Shown piece after piece: positions 29,826 through 40,228 of a stretch of 64,000 bases of DNA. The stretch is from Candidatus Roseilinea sp. Lineage in GTDB: Bacteria > Chloroflexota > Anaerolineae > J036 > Brachytrichaceae. The notes under the pieces were generated by a model. It worked only from the letters and a program-made list of their open reading frames with translations. It had not been told where the DNA came from and searched no databases. How positions within the stretch are numbered: position 1 is the first letter of the stretch; the number at the start of each line of letters is the position of its first letter. Both the position numbers and the translations under genes were made by a program. Where the stretch lies: NCBI GenBank assembly GCA_025055235.1, contig JANWYN010000068.1, positions 43,630 through 107,629 of the forward strand. Direction: 5' to 3'.

Positions 29826-31061
29826 ATGGCGCGGCTCGTCATGCGCACCACTGCTTCGCTGTTCATCCTCGGATGCTATGCCTTCGTCAGCCTCGGCGCG
29901 AGCGCGGCGCTGATCGGTCCGGCGCTGCCTACACTGGCGGCCAAGGCCAACACCGGCCTCGACCGTACCGGCCTGGTCTTCGTCTCGATGTCGCTGGGCT
30001 ACCTCACGTCGGCGCCGATCATCAACACGCTGGGCGCGCGCATGGGCACGCGCAACATGCTCACCGTCAGCCCGTTGGTGGTCATCGGCAGCATGGCGCT
30101 GCTGGCGCTCGGCGCGCACCTGAACGTCTTCTTCATTGCGACGTATCTGCTCGGCCTGGGCCAGTCGGGCACGCAGGTGGCCTACAACGCCATGTTCGGC
30201 ATGCAACAAGGGCGCGAGCGCGCGTCGGCAGTGCTCAACCGGCTTAACGCGTTCTTCGGCATCGGCGCGCTCATCGGGCCGCTGTTGGTCTCGGCGAGCT
30301 ACGTCCTCATCAACGAGGCGACGCTGGCGTTTTGGATTGCTGCGGCGATGGCGCTGCCGCTCACGCTGGGCGCGCTGTGGGCGCGCGACGGGCTGCGCCA
30401 GCCGCCGGCAGCGCGCTCGGCAGCGCCGGAAGGTAGCGCAGCGCGCCGCCTGTTGGCCTCGCCGGTCGCATGGGGGCTGTGTGTGGTGATGGGGCTCTAC
30501 GTCGGCTGCGAAGTTGCGTTCAGCGGCTGGGCGACCGAATTCACCAGCCGCACGACGGGCATGAGCACGGCGCAAGCCGCGATCGTGGTGAGCATCTTCT
30601 GGGCGGCGTTGGCGCTCAGCCGCTACTTTACGAACGTGATCGTCAGCCGCGTGCCGTCCGTCACGTTGGTCAGCTTGCTCTTCGGATTGGCCATCGCTGG
30701 GCTGGGTGTGATGCTGCTGGCCGGGCAGGTGAGCGCTGCGGCATGGCTGGGGGCGTTTGCAGTGGGCGCCGGCTTCGGCCCGATCTACCCTACGCTCATC
30801 GCCGTCGGCATCCAGCGTTTCCCATTCGCCGCGCGGATGATTGCCAGCGTGCTGACCAGCACAGGCTCGATCGGCGCGCTCTTCCTGCCGGCGCTGACGG
30901 GCTTCGCGATGAGCGCGCCGGCGCTCGGCGCAGCCGGCGCATGGGTGATGCTGGCTGGGCTGCTGGCGCTCGTCATCGGTCTGTGGCAGCTTACGCGCCG
31001 CGCCCTAGCGCGCGAGGATACGGCGCTGGAGCAGACGATGCGCCTTACCCGCCCCTGTTAG
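29826..31061 (+). CDS. MFS transporter.
   Basis: 12 predicted TM helices, two-half MFS organisation. Confidence 0.7.
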   Translation: MARLVMRTTASLFILGCYAFVSLGASAALIGPALPTLAAKANTGLDRTGLVFVSMSLGYLTSAPIINTLGARMGTRNMLTVSPLVVIGSMALLALGAHLNVFFIATYLLGLGQSGTQVAYNAMFGMQQGRERASAVLNRLNAFFGIGALIGPLLVSASYVLINEATLAFWIAAAMALPLTLGALWARDGLRQPPAARSAAPEGSAARRLLASPVAWGLCVVMGLYVGCEVAFSGWATEFTSRTTGMSTAQAAIVVSIFWAALALSRYFTNVIVSRVPSVTLVSLLFGLAIAGLGVMLLAGQVSAAAWLGAFAVGAGFGPIYPTLIAVGIQRFPFAARMIASVLTSTGSIGALFLPALTGFAMSAPALGAAGAWVMLAGLLALVIGLWQLTRRALAREDTALEQTMRLTRPC

Positions 31062-31134
31062 AATCCGCGCGCAAATTCGTGCTCGTTGGAGTGCGCGCAG
31101 CGGTGTGTCTCTCGCTCGCGCTTGTGGAGATGAC

Positions 31135-32244
31135 ATGGCGATTACCGAGAAGGAAGTGATGTCCGCGCTCTCGCGCGTGATCGAACCCGAGTTGCATCGA
31201 GACCTGGTCTCGTTGAACATGATCAAGGATCTGCAGATCCGCGGGAACGACGTCTCATTCAAGATCGAGCTGACGACGCCGGCCTGTCCCCTAAAGGACG
31301 TGATGGATAAGGCGGCGCGCGCCGAGCTGAACAAGATTCCCGGTATCGGCAAGATCGAGATTGGCTGGACCAGCAACGTAGCCGCCAACGCCCGCATGCG
31401 CAGCGCGCTCAACGTGCCGATCAAGAACATCATCGCCGTGGCCAGCGGCAAGGGCGGCGTGGGCAAGACCACGATCGCCGTGAACTTGGCGATTGCGCTC
31501 GGCCAGACCGGCGCGAAGGTCGGCTTGCTTGACAACGATGTATACGGCCCGAACGTGCCGCTGATGGTCGGCCTGCCGACGGCCGAGCTGCTGCCGGACG
31601 GGCGCGCCATGCCCAGCGTGGCCCAGCAAAACGGCAAGCTCATCCCGGAGGAGAAGTTCGGGATCAAGATCTTCAGCATCGGCTTCATCTATCCTGCCGA
31701 GTCGCCGCTGGTGTGGCGCGGGCCGATGCTGCACAGCGCCATCCGGCAGTTCTTGCAGGACGTCGCATGGGGCGACCTGGATTACCTGATCGTGGACATG
31801 CCGCCTGGCACGGGCGATGCGCAGCTTTCGCTGGCGCAGACGGTGCAAGGCGTGATGGGCATCATCGTCACGACGCCGCAACTGGTCTCGATGGGCGACG
31901 CGCTCAAGGGCCTGGCGACGTTCGAGCAGCTCAAAGTTCCCATCATCGGCGTGATCGAGAACATGGGACCGTATACCGACCCGGCTACGGGCAAAAAGGT
32001 CGCCTTGTTCGGCGAGGGCGGCGGCGAGCGACTGGCGGCCATGAAGAAGGTGCCCTTCCTGGGCAGCGTGCCGCTCGACCCGGCCATCCGCATCGGCGGC
32101 GACAGCGGCCGGCCGATCGTCGCAGCCTATCCCGATAGCGAAGCGGCCAAGCGGCTCACCGAGATCGCCAAGCTGGTCGCGGCACGCGTCAGCGTGCTGA
32201 ACTTCCAGCAGAACAACGTCATCCCGATCTCGATCATCGGGTGA
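31135..32244 (+). CDS. apbC: Fe-S cluster carrier ATPase Mrp/ApbC/NBP35 family with an N-terminal DUF59/MIP18 domain.
   Basis: N-terminal DUF59 (VIEPELHRDLVSLNMIKDL), deviant Walker A IAVASGKGGVGKTT, CxxC-containing C-terminal region. Confidence 0.85.
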   Translation: MAITEKEVMSALSRVIEPELHRDLVSLNMIKDLQIRGNDVSFKIELTTPACPLKDVMDKAARAELNKIPGIGKIEIGWTSNVAANARMRSALNVPIKNIIAVASGKGGVGKTTIAVNLAIALGQTGAKVGLLDNDVYGPNVPLMVGLPTAELLPDGRAMPSVAQQNGKLIPEEKFGIKIFSIGFIYPAESPLVWRGPMLHSAIRQFLQDVAWGDLDYLIVDMPPGTGDAQLSLAQTVQGVMGIIVTTPQLVSMGDALKGLATFEQLKVPIIGVIENMGPYTDPATGKKVALFGEGGGERLAAMKKVPFLGSVPLDPAIRIGGDSGRPIVAAYPDSEAAKRLTEIAKLVAARVSVLNFQQNNVIPISIIG

Positions 32245-32314
32245 AACATCCGACCGGCTGGCGCGTGGGCATCAATCCACGCGCCGCTGGCGTCTCGAGC
32301 AGATCGGTATTTAA

Positions 32315-33568
32315 ATGTCCAGCATGGAGGCCACGGTCAAAGAGCCCTCGATGTTCGACCTGCCGGAGTGGACGGGCATTTATCCTCCGGAGGAGAAACC
32401 GCCCGAACCGAAGCCGCGCCTGGTCGGCGTGCGCTTCCAGCGGGTCGGCAAGGTCTATCACTACAGCGCCGAGGGCCTCGACGACTTGAAGGTCGGCGAC
32501 TGGGTGATCGTGGACACCGCCCGCGGCAAGCAGATGGGGCAGGTGGCTACGCTCAAGCCGCCCAAGGACAAAGGCGGCCCCTACAAGCGCATCGAACGCC
32601 GCGCTACCGGCCGCGATATGGCCATGCGCCATTACTACGAGAGCAAAGAACTCGAAGCGCTGATCGCCTGCCGCGCCGAGAGCGCCGCGCTTAACTTGCC
32701 GATCAAAATCGTGCGCGCCGAATATAGCTTTGACGGGCAGACGCTGACCTTCCTGTATTCGTCCGATCAGGAGGAGCGCGTCGAGGTGGGTGCGCTGCGC
32801 GAGGCCATGAGCCGGCTCTACCGCGCGCGTATCGAGACCCGCCAGATCAGCCCGCGCGAGGTGGCCAAGATCCTGGGCGGCATGGGCGCATGCGGCATCG
32901 AAGAGCGCTGCTGCTCGCGCTTCCTCACCGAGTTCAGCCCGATCTCGATCAAGCACGCCAAGGAGCAAAACCTCAGCCTGAACCCGCACGACATCACCGG
33001 CATGTGCGGCCGGCTGCGCTGCTGCCTGATCTACGAATACGAGCAATACGTCGAGGCGCGCCGCCACCTGCCCAAGCTCAAGTCTATGATCGGCACGCCG
33101 CTGGGGCCGGGCAAGGTGGTCGAGATCCTGCACTTGCGCGACTCGGTGCGTGTGAAGATCGGTGAAGGGCCGGAGGCGCGCGAGGTCGAGTTCCATCGCG
33201 AGCAACTCATCCCACTGGAGGAATGGAAGCGCTTGCAGGAGAAGGCCGCCAGCGGGACGTGCGACCGTCACGAGAACGGCGAATGCGCGTGTGGCAAGGG
33301 CAAGCCGCACGAACCAAGTGCTTCGCCGCAAGCCCAGCCGACCGAGCTGCCGCCAGCGGCCAGGGCGTTCATCGAAGCGAACGAAGCACAGCAGGAAGAA
33401 GAGGAACGCCCGCAGCCGCCCCGCGCGAAGAAGAAGGATCGCCGGCAGCGCGGCGAGCGCCGCCCGACCGACATCGGACGCCACCAGCCGCGTGCCGCAG
33501 ACGCCGGCGGCGAAGGCGACGCACAGCGAAAACGCCGGCCGCTGCTTCGGCGCAAGCCGGGCAAATAG
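32315..33568 (+). CDS. PSP1-domain protein (RicT/YaaT-like) with a Cys-rich, basic C-terminal tail.
   Basis: PSP1 C-terminal domain region (…TLTFLYSSDQEERVEVGALREAMSRLYRARIETRQI…, CGRLRCCLIYEYEQY). Basic tail KKKDRRQRGERR. Confidence 0.75.
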   Translation: MSSMEATVKEPSMFDLPEWTGIYPPEEKPPEPKPRLVGVRFQRVGKVYHYSAEGLDDLKVGDWVIVDTARGKQMGQVATLKPPKDKGGPYKRIERRATGRDMAMRHYYESKELEALIACRAESAALNLPIKIVRAEYSFDGQTLTFLYSSDQEERVEVGALREAMSRLYRARIETRQISPREVAKILGGMGACGIEERCCSRFLTEFSPISIKHAKEQNLSLNPHDITGMCGRLRCCLIYEYEQYVEARRHLPKLKSMIGTPLGPGKVVEILHLRDSVRVKIGEGPEAREVEFHREQLIPLEEWKRLQEKAASGTCDRHENGECACGKGKPHEPSASPQAQPTELPPAARAFIEANEAQQEEEERPQPPRAKKKDRRQRGERRPTDIGRHQPRAADAGGEGDAQRKRRPLLRRKPGK

Positions 33569-33610
33569 TCTCCCCACATTCTCATCATCCTCTGCATCTC
33601 GACTCAGTGC

Positions 33611-34297
33611 GTGAACATCCTCGTCATCGTCGCTCATCCAGACGACCCTGAGTTCTTCGCCGGCGGCACGATTGCCCGCTGGTGTCACGAAGGCCACGAC
33701 GTGCGCTACGTCGTCGTCACCGGCGGCGACAAGGGCAGCGACCGGCCCGACATGACGCCGGCCCGGCTGGTCGCCATCCGCCGCGACGAGCAACGCAACG
33801 CCGCTGCCCTCCTGGGCGTGCGCGACGTGACTTTCCTCAGCCACGTGGACGGCGAGCTGCTGAACACGCCAGACGTCCAGCGCGATCTGGTGCGCGAGAT
33901 CCGGCGGGCGCGCCCGGACGTCGTCGTCACGACCGACCCGCAGACCCTGCACTACGGTGCAACGCGCGTCAACCACAACGACCATCGCGCAGTCGGCCTG
34001 GCCGTGTGCGACGCGATCTTTCCTGCATCCGGCAACCGGATGTACTTCCCCGAACTGCTGGCCGACGGCTTCGAACCCCACTCCCCGAAGGAGATCTACT
34101 TCGCCGGCCCGGCCCAGCCGAACACGTTGGTGGACATCACAGACTTCATCCAGGCCAAGATCGAGGCGATCTGCATGCATGCTTCACAGGTGAAAGCGCC
34201 GGAGGAGCTCGAGCAGCGCATCCGGCAAGGGCTCTGGCGCATGACCGCCGATGGCCGCGTCTTCTTCGCGGAAGCGTTCCGGCGCATCTTGCTATAA
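33611..34297 (+). CDS. PIG-L/LmbE-family N-acetylglucosaminyl deacetylase.
   Basis: ILVIVAHPDDPEFFAGGT with the HPDD zinc-binding motif, GTG start. Confidence 0.75.
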   Translation: MNILVIVAHPDDPEFFAGGTIARWCHEGHDVRYVVVTGGDKGSDRPDMTPARLVAIRRDEQRNAAALLGVRDVTFLSHVDGELLNTPDVQRDLVREIRRARPDVVVTTDPQTLHYGATRVNHNDHRAVGLAVCDAIFPASGNRMYFPELLADGFEPHSPKEIYFAGPAQPNTLVDITDFIQAKIEAICMHASQVKAPEELEQRIRQGLWRMTADGRVFFAEAFRRILL

Positions 34298-34600
34298 ACT
34301 TCGGGGGATGCGCCGCTTGTGCTGCAGGTGAGCCGGTTGGCGTTGCCGGCAGCCGGTGGCGCCCGCGTCGGAGCGGATCACGCGCAGACCGCCGTGCTAG
34401 AATGCGCGGCTGCGTTATCCCGGAGTCGAAACCGGAGTGTTGAATTTGACAACATGAACCGATCGGCTGCTGCCGCGCGCCAAGGCTAGCACGTCCACTC
34501 CACTGCACCCAAGCCGATCGCGTTCCGCCAGCATATAGCTTGCGCCGCATCCGGCGCTCACAAGTTCATAGAGGGTAACGCTTTGGTACGAGGCGCAGAC

Positions 34601-37555
34601 ATGAAAGGGCCTTCTATGCATCGAGAATCCGATTCGAACGCCTCTGGTGGTTCGGATCCCGGTTTATCGGGCTTTACAGAAACGCCGGTTATTGACCGCA
34701 TTCCCAGGCTAGCCAACAGAAGAAAGCGCAAGCCGCCGCGCCCGACGCGGGAGACCCCGCGCACCCAGTTCCTGCTTCCGACGACGCGTTCGGGTTGGCT
34801 CAAAGCGGGTGGCGTCGCGTTGGGTGGCGTCTTGGCTGTCGGCGCTGCGTTAGTCGGCCTGAGCCTGATCAGCGCCAATAGCTGCAGCGAATTCACCACC
34901 GAGCGAACGACGGTCGCCGTCGAAGGGTTCCAGATCCGGGTGATGCCGAGCGACCTGGCCGGCAGCTTCGGCGTCAAGCTGGGCGTCCTATCGCTGGCCG
35001 ACTTCACCCCCGCGTCTCGCAACGCCGAGCTACAAGCCGCAGCTGCCAGCTTGCCGGCCGGTTTGACGCTCGTGAGCGATCCGGTCGCGGTCAAGACCTG
35101 CAGCGTGGATCCCAAGCTGGCAACGCTGCGCATGAGCATACCGCCCGGCGTGGAAGCGGGCGCGAGCCTGGATTTATACGGCTGGGACGACAAGGCGCGG
35201 GAGTGGACATGGCTGGGTGGGGAGGTGGACGCGGCATCCCGGGAGGTCGTCGCGCGTGTGAGCCGCGTGCCCTCACTGGTGGCGCTGATGAAAGTTGCGC
35301 CCATCCCCCCCTCGCTCAGCGTCGAGTCGCCTCCGGTGACCGGCGACCCGGCGGCGATTGTCAAGTCCATTCCGTCTAGGGCATACGCAGTTCATGCCAC
35401 CGGCCTCTACCTGGGCGATGCCGGCAGCATCGTCGGCGATCCGGGCAAGTTGCTGCGGCCGGCCGGCGCGCCCATCAAGACCATCCCGGTCGTGCGCAAT
35501 TGGGGGGCGAAAGGCGAAGTCAACCGCACGCTGCTGCGCACGATGCTGGCCAGCGAAGCGAGCCGCGCCGCGCACGTAGACGCCTTGCTCGGCCTCGTCG
35601 TGGCCGGTGGCTTCGAAGGCGTGCAGATAGACTATCGCGGCGTAGAGGAGGCGCAGCGCGATGCCTTCGCGCAATTCGTCGAGCTGCTCAGCGCGCGTCT
35701 GGCAGAGCGCGGCAAGACCCTCAGCGTCGCCGTTCCGGCGCCGTCGCTCACCGGCGCGACCGGCGACGCCGCGGGTGCGGCCGGCGTGTTCGACTCGCCG
35801 GGCTATGACCTGCATCGAATCGGCCGGGCCGCCGCGTCGGTTCAGCTCGACTTGAGCACTAACCCAGAGGCATGGTGCACCAGCCAGTTGGACCCACTGA
35901 TCGAGTGGGTGGTCGGTCGCGTCAATCGTCACAAGTTGCAGGTGATCGTCCCGACCCTGAGTGTTCAAAAGGATGCCAATGGGCGCGTCAGGCTGATCGG
36001 CCTGGAGGAGTCGCTGGCTGCGTTGGGCGGGCTGCAGACCGTGGCGCCGGCCGTCGCACCTGGGGCGAATGTCAGGCTGTGGTGGAGCGGCAACGTCGAA
36101 CCATCCGACGTGCGCTACGATGCGACCGGCCAGTTCTACTCGTATAGCTACGTGGACGAGCGCGGCATCCAGCAGACCGTGTGGCTGAATACCGCCGCGA
36201 GCCTGAAGCGTACGCTAGAGCGCCTGAGCCGGCACAACATCCGCGGCGTCACGCTGCGCGGGCTGGCGCACCCCGGCAGCGATGAGGGCGTCATGCAGGT
36301 CGTGGATGGTTTCGCGCGCGGTGACCTGGCGTCGGTGCAGGCGCCGGAGCCGGTGATCAAGGTGGCATTCGGCGCCGGCACGCCGTTCAGCTTACCCCTC
36401 GGCCAAAGTCCGGATGCGATGATCGTGCAAGCGCCCGGCGGCGAGGGCGAATACGAGATCGTTTCTGTCTTTCAAAGCGCGCGGACGGTGACGTTGGATC
36501 CGTCGCGTGTGGCGGTATCAAAAGATGCGCCGACCGCCGAGGGCGGCGCAAACACGATGGCCGTCGCGTCGGTGGCTGCTGATCAAACGGCCCCAGGCGT
36601 CGCGCCGACTCTGCCCGGCGTGAACGCCGAGCAGTTCGAACTCGGCGGGCACGTCAACGACCTGGTTCACGCTGCGCAGATGAAGACCGCCGGCATGACG
36701 TGGGCGCGCACGGAGGTGCGCGGCGAAGTGCTGCCCGAAGCGTTCATCGCCGAAGCCAAAGCCAAAGGGTTGAAAGTGCTCGTCACGGCTGTTGGCGACC
36801 GCAGCCGCATTATGGACATCGCCTATCGCGATCAGTGGGCGCAACATCTCGGCAAGATCGCCGCCGCCGGCGCGGATGCGATCGAGGTGTGGAGCGAGCC
36901 GAATTACCAGGCGGAATGGCCGGCCGGCCAGATCAACGGTGCATCCTACGCGGATCTGCTGAAGCGCGCCTACTTCGCCATCAAGCAGGCCAACCCGAAT
37001 ACACTGGTGATCAGCGCCGGCCTAGCGCAGACATCCGGCGTGTATTCCGGCGGCTGCGCCGAGGATGGATGCGATGAGCTGGCTTTCCTGAGCCAGATGG
37101 CCGCCGAGCGCGCCCAGGACTACATGGATTGCGTAGGCATTCACTACACGTCCGGCTTCGAGCCGCCCAGCGCCGTGGGCGCGCTGCATTACTCGCAGTA
37201 CTACGAGCCGTTGCGCAACGCATACTACGGCGCGTTCAACGGCGCCAAGCCAGTATGCTTCACAGCGTTGGGCTACGTGACGGCGGAGGGCTTCCCTTCG
37301 GGCATGCCGGCAAAGTATGCGTTCGCCGCCGGCACGACATTGGCCAATCACGTGGCATGGCTGGCCGAAGCGGCTAGGCTCTCCAAAGCAAGCGGCAAGG
37401 TGCGTTTGATGATCGTGTGGAACGTGGACGCTACAACGTGGACGATGGACGATCCTTCTCGGAATGTTGAAGGTGATCCTCAGGCAGGCTACGCCATGAT
37501 TCGACCCGATGGCACATGCCCGGCTTGCGAATCCTTGCGCAGCGTCATGAAATGA
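34601..37555 (+). CDS. Large membrane-anchored extracytoplasmic protein with a GH18-like (probably non-catalytic) TIM-barrel domain and a C-terminal GH5-like (clan GH-A) glycosidase domain.
   Basis: N-terminal basic cytoplasmic segment plus a single TM (VALGGVLAVGAALVGLSLI). GH18-like block GFEGVQIDYRGVEE (DxxDxDxE with the catalytic E replaced by R). C-terminal IEVWSEPNYQAEW … TALGY (acid/base NEP and nucleophile region) homologous to the next two genes. Confidence 0.6.
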   Translation: MKGPSMHRESDSNASGGSDPGLSGFTETPVIDRIPRLANRRKRKPPRPTRETPRTQFLLPTTRSGWLKAGGVALGGVLAVGAALVGLSLISANSCSEFTTERTTVAVEGFQIRVMPSDLAGSFGVKLGVLSLADFTPASRNAELQAAAASLPAGLTLVSDPVAVKTCSVDPKLATLRMSIPPGVEAGASLDLYGWDDKAREWTWLGGEVDAASREVVARVSRVPSLVALMKVAPIPPSLSVESPPVTGDPAAIVKSIPSRAYAVHATGLYLGDAGSIVGDPGKLLRPAGAPIKTIPVVRNWGAKGEVNRTLLRTMLASEASRAAHVDALLGLVVAGGFEGVQIDYRGVEEAQRDAFAQFVELLSARLAERGKTLSVAVPAPSLTGATGDAAGAAGVFDSPGYDLHRIGRAAASVQLDLSTNPEAWCTSQLDPLIEWVVGRVNRHKLQVIVPTLSVQKDANGRVRLIGLEESLAALGGLQTVAPAVAPGANVRLWWSGNVEPSDVRYDATGQFYSYSYVDERGIQQTVWLNTAASLKRTLERLSRHNIRGVTLRGLAHPGSDEGVMQVVDGFARGDLASVQAPEPVIKVAFGAGTPFSLPLGQSPDAMIVQAPGGEGEYEIVSVFQSARTVTLDPSRVAVSKDAPTAEGGANTMAVASVAADQTAPGVAPTLPGVNAEQFELGGHVNDLVHAAQMKTAGMTWARTEVRGEVLPEAFIAEAKAKGLKVLVTAVGDRSRIMDIAYRDQWAQHLGKIAAAGADAIEVWSEPNYQAEWPAGQINGASYADLLKRAYFAIKQANPNTLVISAGLAQTSGVYSGGCAEDGCDELAFLSQMAAERAQDYMDCVGIHYTSGFEPPSAVGALHYSQYYEPLRNAYYGAFNGAKPVCFTALGYVTAEGFPSGMPAKYAFAAGTTLANHVAWLAEAARLSKASGKVRLMIVWNVDATTWTMDDPSRNVEGDPQAGYAMIRPDGTCPACESLRSVMK

Positions 37556-39033
37556 GCCGATACACCTTCAACCCCAAGCTCGATCCCAGTCGAGAGCGAA
37601 ATCGTCGTTTGCTGATCGGTGCCGTTGCTCTGGGCGCAGTTGCATTGGTGGCCCTGGCGCTCCTCGGCTTCGGCATCTGCGTGCTGACGGGCGGGTGCGC
37701 GGTCGGCGATACAGGCGCAGCCGAAGAACCGACGCCGTTCGTGCCTGAAGTGACCATCTTCGCGCCGCTTCCAACGCCGCACCAGAATCCCGCCGCGCCG
37801 CCGGCACCGGGCGAAGGCGCAGGCAATGCGCCGGCCGGCACCGCAACAGCGCCCCAGCCGGTCGCTACTATGGACCCGCGAGGGAAGATCGAGGGCATTG
37901 ACGACTTCGTGTGCCCCAATCCGCGTCCTGCACCGGCCAAGTTCGGCTATGGCATTCAGAGCAACTGGCCCGTGGGCGACATCGGCCTGTTCAACTCCAT
38001 CATGGCCGAGCAACTGAAGATGGACTGGACGAAGGCGCAGATTCGCTGGGTGGACTTCGAACCCAACGGGCGCGGGCAATACGAGCTATACAAGTGGCAG
38101 TTGCTCGACGCCTTCACCGCCGATGCCAACAAGAAGGGGTTGAACATCCTGTTCGGTGTGCTCGACGCACCGGCATGGTCGCGACCGCAAAACGCCAATC
38201 CTGCCCGGCCAGACCTGCTCGGCCCGCCCGACAACTACGATGACGCGCGCGTCTTCATCGAGAAGCTGCTCGCCCGCTACAAGGGCTGCGTGCAGGCCAT
38301 CGAGGTGTGGAACGAGATGAACCTCGACCGCGAGTGGACGGTCGCCTCGCGCCAGATCAAGGCCAGCGACTACGTCGCTTTCCTAGACGCCGTCGTGCCT
38401 ACGATTCGGGCGATTGACCCGAACATCATCGTGTTGATGGGCGCCCTTTCGCCGACCGGCGCGAACATCACCCAGGACGGCGTGATGCAGGTGGTGGACG
38501 ACCTGACCTACATGGATCAGTTCGTCGCCGCCGGCGGCCCCAGCCGCGTGGACTGCATCGGTGTGCACTTGAACGGCTACAACATGCCGCCGGACAAGGA
38601 GTGGAACGAGGGCTACAACGATCCGACGGCTACCTTCCGCGGCCCGTTCGATTCACCGCACCCGTCTTGGTCGTTCAAGAGCACGATGCGGCTGTACTAC
38701 GAGAAGACGCAAAAGCCGCTGTGCGTGACCGAGTTCGGCTGGGCTTCGATGGAGAACCTGAAGCGCTCGGACGGGTCGCCCGTGCAGGGCGCGCCGCCCG
38801 GCTTCGGCTTCGCGCTCGACAATACCGAGCAGGAGCAGGCCGACTGGATCGTGCAGGCCTTCCAGATCATGCGCGACAGCGGCTACGTCAAATTCGCCAT
38901 CGTCTTCAACTTGGACTACATCCAGAAGGTAGGCGGCGAACCGGATCAGGAGAACGTCGCGCCGTACAGCATCACGCGCCGCGACGGGTCGCCGCGCCCG
39001 GCCTTCGAAGCGCTGAAGACCATGCCGCGCTAG
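37552..39033 (+). CDS. Membrane-anchored GH5-like (clan GH-A) glycoside hydrolase, paralog 2.
   Basis: N-terminal TM (LLIGAVALGAVALVALALLGF), Pro/Ala-rich linker, IEVWNEMNLDREW and CVTEFGW catalytic blocks. The ATG overlaps the upstream stop (ATGA). Confidence 0.65.
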   Translation: MSRYTFNPKLDPSRERNRRLLIGAVALGAVALVALALLGFGICVLTGGCAVGDTGAAEEPTPFVPEVTIFAPLPTPHQNPAAPPAPGEGAGNAPAGTATAPQPVATMDPRGKIEGIDDFVCPNPRPAPAKFGYGIQSNWPVGDIGLFNSIMAEQLKMDWTKAQIRWVDFEPNGRGQYELYKWQLLDAFTADANKKGLNILFGVLDAPAWSRPQNANPARPDLLGPPDNYDDARVFIEKLLARYKGCVQAIEVWNEMNLDREWTVASRQIKASDYVAFLDAVVPTIRAIDPNIIVLMGALSPTGANITQDGVMQVVDDLTYMDQFVAAGGPSRVDCIGVHLNGYNMPPDKEWNEGYNDPTATFRGPFDSPHPSWSFKSTMRLYYEKTQKPLCVTEFGWASMENLKRSDGSPVQGAPPGFGFALDNTEQEQADWIVQAFQIMRDSGYVKFAIVFNLDYIQKVGGEPDQENVAPYSITRRDGSPRPAFEALKTMPR

Positions 39034-39064
39034 CGCAGGCGCTCGACCTTCATCCCGGCCAACA

Positions 39065-40228
39065 ATGAGACGAGCACGCTGGGCTGCCTGGTCGGCAGCC
39101 GCGCTGCTGGCAGCAGCATGCGCATCCCCCACGACCACGCAGTTGCATTCAACTGATCACGCTCAGCCGGCCGCGCCGCAGTTTCCCGCCGCGCGCCGCG
39201 TCGAGTCGCCCGGCTATGGCTTCGAAGCCTACTTGTGGTGGAAGCCGGAGATCGCCACGCGCGACCTGGGGCTGATTCGCGAGGCCGGCTTCAAGTGGGT
39301 GAAGCAAACCTTCGCCTGGCGCGACATCGAGATCGAGAAGGGCAAATACGACTGGAGCCGCGCCGACGACGTGGTGTTCTTGACGACCGAGGTCTTCACA
39401 CGCAACTTGATCGTGCGGCTGGATCGCGAGCCGTACTGGGATCGCTACGACTATCCGCTCGACCAAGGCATCGCCGCCGGCCCGCCGCGCAACTTGCGGC
39501 ACTTCTTCGACTTCTGCGGCGTGATCGCGGCGCGCTACAAAGGCAAGGTCGCGGCGTATCAGGTGTGGAACGAGCCGAACCTGGCGCGCGAGTGGGCCGG
39601 CATGCCGCCCGACCCGAAGGCCTACGTCGAGATGCTGAAGGGCTGCTATGTCGCGATCAAGCAGGCCGACCCCGATGCGCTGGTCATCAGCGCCGGCCTG
39701 GCGCCGACCGGCAACGGCCCGCCGCAGGCCATGCCGCACGAGCAATTTCTCATCGCGATGTACGAGGCCGGCGCCGCGCCCTACTTCGACCTGCTGGGTG
39801 TGCATGCGCCGGGCTTCCGTGCTGCGCCGGAGACGCCGCCCGGCATGGCTGTCAGCATCCCTGAACTGGGCGGGCAGCGCTTCTTCGCCTTCCGCCACGT
39901 CGAGGACTTGCGCGCGATTATGGAGCGCTTCGGCGATGGCGCCAAGCAGGTGGCCGTGCTCGAGTTCGGCTGGACTACCGATCCGGTCAACACCGGCTAC
40001 GCCTGGTTTGCCATAGACGAGCAGTTGAAGGCGGACTACATGGTGCGCGCCTTCCGGTGGGCCAAGCACAACTGGCAGCCGTGGATCGGCCCGATGATCG
40101 CCCTCTCCATCCCGCAGTTCGACTGGACGCCGCAGAACGAGCAGTATTGGTGGGCCGTCGTGGATCCGGTCTATCCCGAGACGCGGGCGCGCCCGGCCTA
40201 CGAGGCGCTGAAGGCGATGGAGAAGTGA
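39065..40228 (+). CDS. GH5-like (clan GH-A) glycoside hydrolase lipoprotein, paralog 3.
   Basis: Signal peptide with lipobox LLAAAC. YQVWNEPNLAREW and AVLEFGW catalytic blocks. Confidence 0.65.
   Translation: MRRARWAAWSAAALLAAACASPTTTQLHSTDHAQPAAPQFPAARRVESPGYGFEAYLWWKPEIATRDLGLIREAGFKWVKQTFAWRDIEIEKGKYDWSRADDVVFLTTEVFTRNLIVRLDREPYWDRYDYPLDQGIAAGPPRNLRHFFDFCGVIAARYKGKVAAYQVWNEPNLAREWAGMPPDPKAYVEMLKGCYVAIKQADPDALVISAGLAPTGNGPPQAMPHEQFLIAMYEAGAAPYFDLLGVHAPGFRAAPETPPGMAVSIPELGGQRFFAFRHVEDLRAIMERFGDGAKQVAVLEFGWTTDPVNTGYAWFAIDEQLKADYMVRAFRWAKHNWQPWIGPMIALSIPQFDWTPQNEQYWWAVVDPVYPETRARPAYEALKAMEK

Noticed and set aside
28599-30575. 658-aa minus-strand ORF overlapping pyk and the MFS transporter gene.
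   Set aside because: Antisense to two supported genes with a low-complexity Arg-rich translation.
32234-34180. 648-aa ORF on the minus strand spanning the PSP1 and PIG-L genes.
   Set aside because: It is antisense to two well-supported + strand genes. The translation is Arg/Ala/Gly-rich with no recognisable domains, a typical spurious GC-rich ORF.
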